A stretch of DNA of 40,095 bases, from contig CAZGXZ010000001.1 in assembly GCA_964530035.1 (NCBI GenBank), positions 1-40,095 of the forward strand. The letters run 5' to 3'. Origin of the DNA: an uncultured Methanoregulaceae archaeon. GTDB lineage: Archaea; Halobacteriota; Methanomicrobia; Methanomicrobiales; Methanospirillaceae. Shown here piece after piece: positions 27,804 through 36,018 of the stretch. The notes under the pieces are model-generated. The model searched no databases. It was given only the letters and a program-made list of their open reading frames with translations, and had not been told where the DNA came from. Position numbers and translations under genes: made by a program. Within the stretch, counting starts at the first letter, position 1. Each line of letters opens with the position of its first letter.

Positions 27804-29081
27804 CTATTTTCCATCATGAGCGCCGTCCGGGCCTATGCGGACCTCTTCCGTCAGGCCCGCGATAAGCAGAGAGAATGCCAGGATCCCGGTCCTGATCGTC
27901 GGCTCAGGGTCAGGGAAGAAGAACGGGCTGTGCAGGGGCGGGCGGTCGCCTTCGGGAACCGTTGTCACCAGGGCAGGGCTGAAGCTTCCCAGCCTGAAAT
28001 AGCATAGCGGCACGGGCGGATAGGTCTGGCCGAAAAAACCGAAGTCCTCGCTTCCCGACAAGGGAGGAATTTCAATGACGTTCTCTTCACCCAGGCCTGC
28101 CTTTAAGATATCCTGTACCTTCCTGGTCAGGACCGGGTCGTTGGTGAGAGGCGGGACACCCTCGTCGATCAGGGTAATCTCAGGAAGAAGGTCCCCGGGG
28201 AGGCCGTATGCCAGCGCCGTATTCCGTACAATCCGGTCTATGGATGAAAGCGCCCTGTCCCGCACTTCCTTCTGGTAATATCTCAGGTTGACTGCAAGGT
28301 CGACCCGGTCGGGAATGAGGTTATGCTTCGTCCCGCCACGGACTGACCCGATGGTGACGACGCAGAACTCGCGCGGGGAGACCTCGCGACTCACGATGGT
28401 CTGGAGCGCAGTGATCAGTGAAGCAGCCAGAACGATCGGGTCTCGTGCCTTCTCCGGGTATGCCGCGTGTCCCCCTACCCCGTGGACGATGATATCGATC
28501 GACTCGGCGCCGGATGAGAACACCCCCTGCCTCGTCGCGACGGTTCCTGCGGGAAGGACAGGGTCGACATGAAGCGCTATGGCATACTCCGGGGTGAAGA
28601 AGCGGGTGTAAAGTCCGTCATCCAGCATCGCCCTTGCACCCGAGACGGTCTCTTCAGATGGCTGGAAGACGAGCATGACCGTCCCCTTCTTTATGAGGGT
28701 GTTCATGAGCAGCGCCGTTCCGGCAAGGACCGTAACATGGATATCATGCCCGCAGGCATGCATGATTCCTGTTTCCTGGCCTCCGGGCAGTTTCACCCGC
28801 TTGGAAGAAGCGTAGGAAAGCCCGGTCTGTTCTGTTACCGGGAGGGCGTCCATATCCGCCCTCAGCATGATGACCGGGCTGGTGCCGTCACCAATCAGTG
28901 CTACAAGACCATGGCCGCCGATCCTTTCGGTCACCCTGATCCCGGCTTTCCTGAGGAGGTCCCCTATCTTTCCGGAGGTCACCACCTCCTCCTGTGAAAG
29001 TTCCGGGTGGGTATGGAGGTCCTCGTAGAACCTGATGAGGGAGGGAAGTATTCTGTCAATATCAGCAGTTGTCAGGATCAT
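27804..29081 (-). CDS. M20D-family amidohydrolase (aminoacylase / hippurate hydrolase-like)
   Basis: RADMDALP, MHACGHDIH and GEE-like PSEE motifs; 425 aa. Confidence 0.9.
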   Translation of the reverse strand: MILTTADIDRILPSLIRFYEDLHTHPELSQEEVVTSGKIGDLLRKAGIRVTERIGGHGLVALIGDGTSPVIMLRADMDALPVTEQTGLSYASSKRVKLPGGQETGIMHACGHDIHVTVLAGTALLMNTLIKKGTVMLVFQPSEETVSGARAMLDDGLYTRFFTPEYAIALHVDPVLPAGTVATRQGVFSSGAESIDIIVHGVGGHAAYPEKARDPIVLAASLITALQTIVSREVSPREFCVVTIGSVRGGTKHNLIPDRVDLAVNLRYYQKEVRDRALSSIDRIVRNTALAYGLPGDLLPEITLIDEGVPPLTNDPVLTRKVQDILKAGLGEENVIEIPPLSGSEDFGFFGQTYPPVPLCYFRLGSFSPALVTTVPEGDRPPLHSPFFFPDPEPTIRTGILAFSLLIAGLTEEVRIGPDGAHDGK

Positions 29082-29304
29082 CCGGCCTGAAATTTGGTCG
29101 TGGATCGATAAATAGCACTCATGTCCTGGAAAATTCCTTGGTTATTCATATTCCAGGCTGATCCTCTCGGCTGTGGACTGTTGAGATTTTCATTTTATTT
29201 GTGCACTGTTGCCCTTTGGATTATCAGCTAACAGACTGACTGGCCACTTCTTTTTATTCGATATCCTGATGTAGACTGCTCACCCATAGTAACCCGGATT
29301 CTGC

Positions 29305-29904
29305 ATGGCTGACCATCCTGTCCAGGACATGATGCATCTCATGGCATCAAAGATCTCATTGATCGCCCACAATATCTCAGAAAAAGAAATTGAAAGGTTC
29401 ATCGAGGAGATCATCAAAGCGCAACGCATCTACGTTATCGGGGCAGGACGGTCCGGGCTTGTCGCAAAGGCCTTCGCAATGCGTCTGATGCACCTCGGGC
29501 TGACCTGTTATGTCGTCGGGGAGACGATAACCCCTGCTATGCGGCAGGAAGACGTCATCATCGTTTTTTCCGGCTCGGGAAAGACAAAGACCGTAGCTGA
29601 TATCGCCGAGACCGCGAAGGGAATAGGCGGAAAAATCGCCCTGATAACATCCAACCCGGACTCCCCGATCGGGCGGATATCAGATGCAGTTGTCATGATT
29701 GAGTCCCAGCGGGACGAGGTGGCTGATGACTCCCGCGAGTTCGAGATCAGGCAGATGATGGGTGAACACAAGTCATTTGCCCCGCTCGGGACGATATTCG
29801 AAACGGCAGCCATGGTCTTTGCCGATGCTCTCGTGTCAAGGCTCATGGAAATCACCAAGACCGAGGAGCAGGACCTGAAACAGAGGCATGCGAATATTGA
29901 GTGA
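29305..29904 (+). CDS. hxlB: 6-phospho-3-hexuloisomerase (SIS domain)
   Basis: RIYVIGAGRSGLVAKAFAMRLMHLG and VFSGSGKT motifs, and 199 aa, typical of PHI. Confidence 0.85.
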   Translation: MADHPVQDMMHLMASKISLIAHNISEKEIERFIEEIIKAQRIYVIGAGRSGLVAKAFAMRLMHLGLTCYVVGETITPAMRQEDVIIVFSGSGKTKTVADIAETAKGIGGKIALITSNPDSPIGRISDAVVMIESQRDEVADDSREFEIRQMMGEHKSFAPLGTIFETAAMVFADALVSRLMEITKTEEQDLKQRHANIE

Positions 29905-31019
29905 AGGTGGTAAGAGTGCATATCGCGGACCGTGTCAGGGGAATCGAGATATCAGGAATAAGGAAGATGTTCGAGTCCGCCGGGCCGGATTCCATCAACC
30001 TTGGGCTGGGGCAGCCTGACTTCGATACCCCGGCACACATCAAGGCTGCGGCCACCAGGGCAATCGAGGAGGGAAAGACCGGTTACACGGTCAACCTGGG
30101 GATCCCTGAACTCCGTTCAGCCATTTGTGATAAGCTTGACCGTGAAAACGGGCTTTCATACAACCCGGATCAGGTCCTTGTTACGGCGGGTGCCAGTGAA
30201 GCGCTGCACCTTGTGATGCAGGCACTGGTGAACCCCGGGGACCGGGTACTCCTGGCTGATCCCGGTTTCGTGAGCTACGCCGCACTTGCGACCATAGCGG
30301 GAGGGGTACCTGTCGGTGTCAGGCTCGATGACCGGATGCGTATCGACATTGAGGACGCAAAGGAAAAAATGGATGGGGCACGGCTTTTTGTACTGAACTC
30401 CCCGGCAAATCCGACAGGAGCAGTTGAACCTGCCGAGCATGTCCGTGCGATTGTCGAGTACGCCTCAGATGCAGGCGTAACCGTGGTGAGTGACGAGGTA
30501 TACGAGCACTTTATCTATGGTGCAGAGCATGTGAGTGCTGCCAGGTTCGGGGAAAATGTCATTACCGTCAACGGTGCCTCGAAGACGTATGCCATGACGG
30601 GCTGGAGGATTGGCTTTCTTGCCGGGCCAAGAGAATACACCGAGGAGTGCCTGAAGGTCCACCAGTACTGCCAGGCCTGTGCCACATCCATTTCCCAGTA
30701 TGCAGCACTCGCAGCATATACCGGGGACCAGTCGGTGGTGGGTATCATGCGGGACGAGTATGAAAAACGGCGTACCTACATATGCAACGCCCTGCACCGG
30801 GCAGGGTTCAGGTTCCCGACTCCGGATGGGGCATTTTACACCTTTTTCCCGGTGGACTCCGGGATGTTCCAGCGGATCATTAACAAAGGGGTCGTCATCG
30901 TGCCCGGGAGTGCGTTCGGTACAAATGCCCCGGGTTATGCCCGGCTGAGTTATGCCGCTTCGATGGGGCAACTGGAAAAAGCGGTTGAACGGATTGAAAA
31001 GGCCGTGAATGGAGGTTAG
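29901..31019 (+). CDS. Class I/II PLP-dependent aminotransferase (aspartate aminotransferase-like)
   Basis: PLP-lysine context NGASKTYAMTGWRIGF, NSPANPTG and ISGIRKMFE. The GTG start overlaps the PHI stop, with an alternative in-frame GTG at 29916. Confidence 0.9.
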   Translation: MKVVRVHIADRVRGIEISGIRKMFESAGPDSINLGLGQPDFDTPAHIKAAATRAIEEGKTGYTVNLGIPELRSAICDKLDRENGLSYNPDQVLVTAGASEALHLVMQALVNPGDRVLLADPGFVSYAALATIAGGVPVGVRLDDRMRIDIEDAKEKMDGARLFVLNSPANPTGAVEPAEHVRAIVEYASDAGVTVVSDEVYEHFIYGAEHVSAARFGENVITVNGASKTYAMTGWRIGFLAGPREYTEECLKVHQYCQACATSISQYAALAAYTGDQSVVGIMRDEYEKRRTYICNALHRAGFRFPTPDGAFYTFFPVDSGMFQRIINKGVVIVPGSAFGTNAPGYARLSYAASMGQLEKAVERIEKAVNGG

Positions 31020-31021
31020 AG

Positions 31022-32059
31022 ATGGTTCAGGAAATCCTTAAGCGGCTTTCGGATGCCCATGGTGTGTCCGGGAGTGAAGGCTCGGTATTCAGGATTATTC
31101 GGAAGGAACTTGAGGGTAGTGTTGATGAGATCCGCGAGGACCAGATGGGGAACCTTGTCGCTGTCAGAAAGGGCAATGACTTTTCCGTCATGATCGCCGC
31201 CCACATGGACGAGATAGGGGTCATGGTCAAGTTCATCGACGAGAAAGGGTTTATCCGTTTCATCACCCTGGGCGGGTGGTACCTGCCGTCCCTCTACGCG
31301 CAGCGGATCATCCTTCATGGTACCAAGGGGGCGGTCAGGGGTGTCATCGGTGGAAAACCGGTCCACAAGATGGACGAGGACGACAGGAAAAAACCCATCC
31401 GCCTTGACGATATGTTCATAGACATAGGTGCAACGAGCCGTGACGAGGCTGTTGCCCTTGGGATAGGGATCGGAACCCCCGGGACCATCGACCGTGAATG
31501 CGTCGAGCTTGCCAACGGCAGGATGACCGGGAAGGCTTTTGACAACAGGGTGGGGGCGGCCATGCTCATCAAGGTCTTAAAAAACGTCAAATCGCCCCTC
31601 ACCCTGTACGGGGTTTTTACCGTCCAGGAGGAGGTGGGGCTGAAAGGTGCCCGTACGAGTGCGTATGCCCTCGACCCTGACTGTGCCATCGCCACCGATG
31701 TTACCATTCCCGGAGACCACCCGGGTATCGAGCCCAGGGACGCCGCCGTGGAGATGGGGAAGGGACCGGTCATCACCATCGTGGATGCAAGCGGCCGCGG
31801 GCTTATCGCAAGCCGCACGATAAACAAATGGCTCCTGGATGCAGCCCGGGCCCGTGATCTCCCAGTCCAGGTGGAGGTCGGGAGCGGCGGAACGACTGAT
31901 GCCAGCTCAATCCACCTCGAACGGGGAGGGATCCCCTCGACAACCGTTTCCATCCCTGCCCGATATATTCACTCCCCGGTGGAGGTGGTTGACCTGAATG
32001 ATATCGAGGCCGGTGTCCAGGTGCTCCTGGAGGCGCTGAAGAAAAAACCAAAAATATGA
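31022..32059 (+). CDS. M42-family (FrvX/TET-like) aminopeptidase
   Basis: LSDAHGVSGSE, MGNLVA, AHMDEIG and FTVQEEVGLKGA motifs. It starts 2 nt after the aminotransferase stop. Confidence 0.9.
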   Translation: MVQEILKRLSDAHGVSGSEGSVFRIIRKELEGSVDEIREDQMGNLVAVRKGNDFSVMIAAHMDEIGVMVKFIDEKGFIRFITLGGWYLPSLYAQRIILHGTKGAVRGVIGGKPVHKMDEDDRKKPIRLDDMFIDIGATSRDEAVALGIGIGTPGTIDRECVELANGRMTGKAFDNRVGAAMLIKVLKNVKSPLTLYGVFTVQEEVGLKGARTSAYALDPDCAIATDVTIPGDHPGIEPRDAAVEMGKGPVITIVDASGRGLIASRTINKWLLDAARARDLPVQVEVGSGGTTDASSIHLERGGIPSTTVSIPARYIHSPVEVVDLNDIEAGVQVLLEALKKKPKI

Positions 32060-32501
32060 TAGCATTTATATAAATCTTTAAATAATTTTATTTTTAAAAT
32101 TTTTTAAGAATTCCTGAGCATTCTATGCCGTATTGCACTATGGAATACCTGACTCAGTAGTAAGGAATTTCCTTGGTCCTCTTGTCGATTGCCGCGAGAG
32201 AGGCTTCATAATATGCGATCCGGAAAGAATTGGACGATAAAAAATTTCAAAAAATGAGAACTCGTTTCTAAAAATAACCTGAATAAATCGAAATCAATTC
32301 TCCATTCGAAACAGGAATTTATCTCAAACAGATCATAAAAAAAATTTCAGGGATTATATTAAAAATAACAAAAAATCATTTTTGAAATCAAAAATAAAAT
32401 AATATTATAACTTTTCTAATCCAAGAATGCTGGTCAGAGATGACGCACATCTGCATCCTGCACAATCCCTAATCGCTGAACGGAGTTTCAGTCAGACGAT
32501 T

Positions 32502-32560
32502 TTTACCATTATGTTTAAATACCATTACTCATATATCCCTGATTACTCCTCAATGTGCTT
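32502..32560 (+). promoter_or_regulatory. Conserved promoter / 5'-leader block, copy 1 (TATA-like TTTAAATA at 32514-32521)
   Basis: 57 of 59 nt are identical to 35877-35935, at the same distance (85 vs 84 nt) from the start codon of the downstream paralog. The two overlapping small ORFs read it in different frames, so conservation is at the DNA/RNA level. Confidence 0.6.
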
Positions 32561-32612
32561 TAAATGTGAATTTCTCTCCCCGGGGGGGAGGGAAAGAACA
32601 GAGAAGCCATCA

Positions 32613-32639
32613 AAGGGTATCATTCGAAGGAAGTGTGCT
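32613..32639 (+). promoter_or_regulatory. Conserved start-proximal leader block, copy 1 (AAGGGTATCAT..AAGGAAGTGTGCT)
   Basis: Matches 35989-36013 apart from a 2-nt indel and ends 5 nt before the ATG. It may contain the ribosome-binding region (GGAAGTG). Confidence 0.45.
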
Positions 32640-32644
32640 TGAGT

Positions 32645-35476
32645 ATGTCCAAATCAATGACTCTGACAGGGATGTGTGTTCTGGCGCTGATCCTGCTTTC
32701 AGGGGCTGCCATGGCAGCGGAGCTCCAGAATGGATTACTCGTGGTGAATTCAACCCCGGGTGGTGCGACCATCTATGTTGATGGTGGCCTGTACAAGTTC
32801 CATCCGTTTGACAATGCCACGACGAACAGCAGCATATACCTCGAACCAGGGTGTTATGATCTGTATCTGGAAAAGTACGGATACCAGATATGGAACTCGA
32901 GAGCATTCTTGAACGACACGTTCTGTATCAACAACACGGATGTTCTCAGCATGGAGGCGCTCATCGGCCAGCCGATTATCCTTACGCCCCTCCCTGACAA
33001 CACGGGAACCGTAATCATAACGTCCGAACCTGACCATGCCGCGGTATTCATACCCGCTCTTGTCAGTGGTCTGCCCGTCGGGGCGACAACCTACGCAAAC
33101 GGGCAGATCCCTGCGGGTGTGTATTCATTCCACCTTGAGTATCCTGGATATTACCCCTATAACGGAACATTCACCATTAATCCCGGGGAACTCACGCATG
33201 TCTATGCCAAGATGGCCCGCATCCCCACGACGGGTTTTGTTGATTTCAGGTCTGATCCAACCGATGCCGCTATTTACCTGAACGGAACTGATTTCAAACA
33301 TACAAACCAGGTTATCGAACTCCAGCCCGGATGCTATGCATACGAGTTCACCCTTGCCGGATACTTCCCGGTGAACGGGACGTTCTGCGTGGACACTTCA
33401 TACCAGGCTGAGAACCCTCTCCCCATCTGGAGGAACCTGACGAAATTCCCGGAAACACAACATCTCTGCCTCAATTCCACACCGGATGGTGCCAGGGTCT
33501 GGGTCGATGGCCAGGACACCGGCAAGGACACCCCGAATAATATAGAGCTTGTCCGGGCATTCCATACCCTGGTATTCAAGAAACCCTGTTTCAAGGATCG
33601 GGTTGTCGAGCTGAACCTGACGCAGCTGCCCGCCGGCATCTTCCCCCTGGATGTGACCCTGGAAGACCTGACCATCCGGATGGACTGCCCTGGCATGCAG
33701 AATGGTACGATCACCCCGGTCGGCGGACCGTGTGTTACCTACCTGATGGACAAGACCTTCAATGTCACTGCCGAGGAAGGATACCATATCACCGAGATCA
33801 CCTTCGTCAACAATACAGGGACCTTCACCCAGCCATTCACCGACGGCAGGACTTCCACCTATCTGTATACACTCCACAACGTTACCGAGGGTGGAAACCT
33901 CTGTGCGGAATTTGCGATCAATGTTTACAATGTAACTGCAATCGTTTCCTCTGCGGGAAGCGGTTTCATCCAGGTATCTCCTGTTGACTCTGCATGGTAC
34001 AGCGATCATGTTACCAAGTTTGTCAACCATGGGACGAACCTAACCTTCAACATCAAAAATACCAACGGGTATCTGTTTGACCGATACATCTGGAATGGTG
34101 TTACCACAATGCTTGGTGAAGCCAAGGAATCATACAGCTTCAATCCCGGCCCGATCGTCAGTGACGATGTGTTAGAGGTGCCGTTCCAGATGGCGGAATT
34201 CCAGGTGACACCGCTTGTGGTCGGAAACGGTACCGTGACGCCTTCAGGGGCACAGGACGCCCTTAGGAATGGAACCGTCTGTTTCACCGCGATACCCGGG
34301 CCTGATAGCTTCCTCGGAAATGTAACGGCAATAGGTGACGACCTCGTTCCACACCAACTTACGCCAAATATCGACGGGAAATACTGCGTTACAAACATCA
34401 CCCAGAACTATGTGGTCGGCTTCCCGTTCTGGCCCTATGTGGTACATGTGAACAGTACCTCCAACGAGGGCGGGGTGATCACCTCAAGCCCCGTACCGTT
34501 CATCAATGGAAATGTTACGGTGCCGAGGAACACGACCCTTACCTTCAATGCAATACCTGACGACTGTCATGTCCTTGGTGCGTTTACTTTCAACGGTGGA
34601 ATAATCTGGTCGAACTCCACTACTGTGAACGTCACCCAGAACTCGACGATTACAGCGCTATTTGCGCCGAAGGTAGTTGTCGTGTCACCTGAACTGATTG
34701 CGCCTGCCGGGACATCGCCAACGATCAACCCGTCCACGAATGTAACCTTCTACTGTGGAGGAAATGCAGTCTTCAACGTAACGTCCCCGTTCTGTTACCA
34801 CCCGAACGTCACCCTTACCGGGGCCTCCGGGACAACCAAGCCGACAGGAGTGGAGGTCGACCGCAACACCTGGATGTACAACCTGACCAACATCAGGGAG
34901 GACAAGACCTTCAGGGTCGCCTTTGACAGGGATACCGAGATCATCTCAACCACGGCAACGGGACACGGTACTATCACTCCGCTCGGGAACACCACGGTTC
35001 CGTGTGGCAGCAACAGCACGGTGTTTACCATAACGCCTGAAAGCGCTGCCTATGATTATACCGTGAACGTGACCGGGTATGCCGGAGGCTTCCCTGCGGA
35101 TGGCATCTTCAGGTTCGTGACCAACGATATATTCGTCAACGTGACCTTCTTTGACAGGGCTTCACCGCTCGTCGACTTCGCAGCCATGAACTGGCCGCTC
35201 CCGACGGGACCGCTTTCAGCAGACGGCCATGTGGTCATCCGGGATACCAACCCGCTCAACAGGACCGTGAAGTTCTTTGACATGACGGATCCGTCCTTCC
35301 AGCCGAGGACCTGGAACTGGGACTTCGGAGACGGCAGGTACTCGATTGAACAGAACCCTGTCCATACCTATGAAGCGGTCGGGACATACACCGTGAGCCT
35401 CACAGTCGGAAATGGTGCAATGACACCCGGATACAAGCAGAAGATCTACTACGTCATCGGTGATATGAGGCCCTGA
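32645..35476 (+). CDS. Large secreted cell-surface protein: signal peptide, ~4 PEGA-like domains, Ig-like beta modules and one C-terminal PKD domain
   Basis: ATG at 32645 gives MSKSMTLTGMCVLALILLSGAAMA|AE. PEGA-like units (LLVVNSTPGGATIYVDG, ITSEPDHAAVFI, FRSDPTDAAIYLNG, NSTPDGARVWVDG). PKD motif WNWDFGDG...HTYEAVGTYTVSLTV. Very many N-x-S/T sequons. No C-terminal TM segment. Confidence 0.85.
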   Translation: MSKSMTLTGMCVLALILLSGAAMAAELQNGLLVVNSTPGGATIYVDGGLYKFHPFDNATTNSSIYLEPGCYDLYLEKYGYQIWNSRAFLNDTFCINNTDVLSMEALIGQPIILTPLPDNTGTVIITSEPDHAAVFIPALVSGLPVGATTYANGQIPAGVYSFHLEYPGYYPYNGTFTINPGELTHVYAKMARIPTTGFVDFRSDPTDAAIYLNGTDFKHTNQVIELQPGCYAYEFTLAGYFPVNGTFCVDTSYQAENPLPIWRNLTKFPETQHLCLNSTPDGARVWVDGQDTGKDTPNNIELVRAFHTLVFKKPCFKDRVVELNLTQLPAGIFPLDVTLEDLTIRMDCPGMQNGTITPVGGPCVTYLMDKTFNVTAEEGYHITEITFVNNTGTFTQPFTDGRTSTYLYTLHNVTEGGNLCAEFAINVYNVTAIVSSAGSGFIQVSPVDSAWYSDHVTKFVNHGTNLTFNIKNTNGYLFDRYIWNGVTTMLGEAKESYSFNPGPIVSDDVLEVPFQMAEFQVTPLVVGNGTVTPSGAQDALRNGTVCFTAIPGPDSFLGNVTAIGDDLVPHQLTPNIDGKYCVTNITQNYVVGFPFWPYVVHVNSTSNEGGVITSSPVPFINGNVTVPRNTTLTFNAIPDDCHVLGAFTFNGGIIWSNSTTVNVTQNSTITALFAPKVVVVSPELIAPAGTSPTINPSTNVTFYCGGNAVFNVTSPFCYHPNVTLTGASGTTKPTGVEVDRNTWMYNLTNIREDKTFRVAFDRDTEIISTTATGHGTITPLGNTTVPCGSNSTVFTITPESAAYDYTVNVTGYAGGFPADGIFRFVTNDIFVNVTFFDRASPLVDFAAMNWPLPTGPLSADGHVVIRDTNPLNRTVKFFDMTDPSFQPRTWNWDFGDGRYSIEQNPVHTYEAVGTYTVSLTVGNGAMTPGYKQKIYYVIGDMRP

Positions 35477-35876
35477 AACCGGGCATTAATCACCTTTTCC
35501 TTTTTCATCGATTTTATCATCAGCACATCCTGCAGGTAGTTATTTCCTGAAGGGTTCTGGTTGCCGGAGGGAGGGATTCTAAGAAAATTGTGAAGTCTGA
35601 ACAAGACCTTTTTTAATTATATGTTCTATTAAACTGTATTTTTTAGAAAAAAAAGCGGTGCAGCGATATCGATGGGCATCATTGTTTTGGATAATATCTC
35701 AAACGCATCATAAAAAAAAAGATGTCTTTGAAGATGAAATATACGATTTTATAGCCTTTAATTAACGAAATAATTGAAATGATTAGAGATAAATTCTGTG
35801 ACATCTGCTGTCATTACTCACCTGTTGACTATTTCTGCGAGGTTGATTTGCTGAATGAAGTCAGTGCCGGCTCCAA

Positions 35877-35935
35877 TTTACCATTATCTTTATATACCAT
35901 TACTCATATATCCCTGATTACTCCTCAATGTGCTT
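35877..35935 (+). promoter_or_regulatory. Conserved promoter / 5'-leader block, copy 2 (TATA-like TTTATATA at 35890-35897)
   Basis: See copy 1; 57/59 identity. Confidence 0.6.
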
Positions 35936-35988
35936 CAATTGAAGATCTATCCCTTCAGACAGGAGCAAAGCATGAGGGAACGCATCTT

Positions 35989-36013
35989 AAGGGTATCATC
36001 AAGGAAGTGTGCT
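35989..36013 (+). promoter_or_regulatory. Conserved start-proximal leader block, copy 2
   Basis: AAGGGTATCATCAAGGAAGTGTGCT, ending 5 nt before the ATG at 36019. Confidence 0.45.
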
Positions 36014-36018
36014 AGACA

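Noticed and set aside
32098-32112. 15-nt identity AATTTTTTAAGAATT after the M42 gene (32098-32112) and after surface gene 2 (39743-39757), as possible cassette junctions
   Set aside because: The match is short and low-complexity, and it occurs between two AT-rich terminator regions. That is too weak to support a duplication or insertion boundary.
32060-32501. AT-rich island as a replication origin
   Set aside because: I could find no repeated ORB-like elements. No cdc6/orc1 gene is adjacent. A second, similar island sits upstream of the paralog, which fits duplicated regulatory DNA better.
32427-32642. 71-aa ORF upstream of surface gene 1 and 78-aa ORF (35779..36015) upstream of surface gene 2, as possible conserved leader peptides
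   Set aside because: The shared 59-nt block is read in different frames in the two ORFs (..YHYSYIPDYSSMCF.. vs ..TITHISLITPQCAS..). The conservation is therefore nucleotide-level (promoter or UTR), not protein-level.
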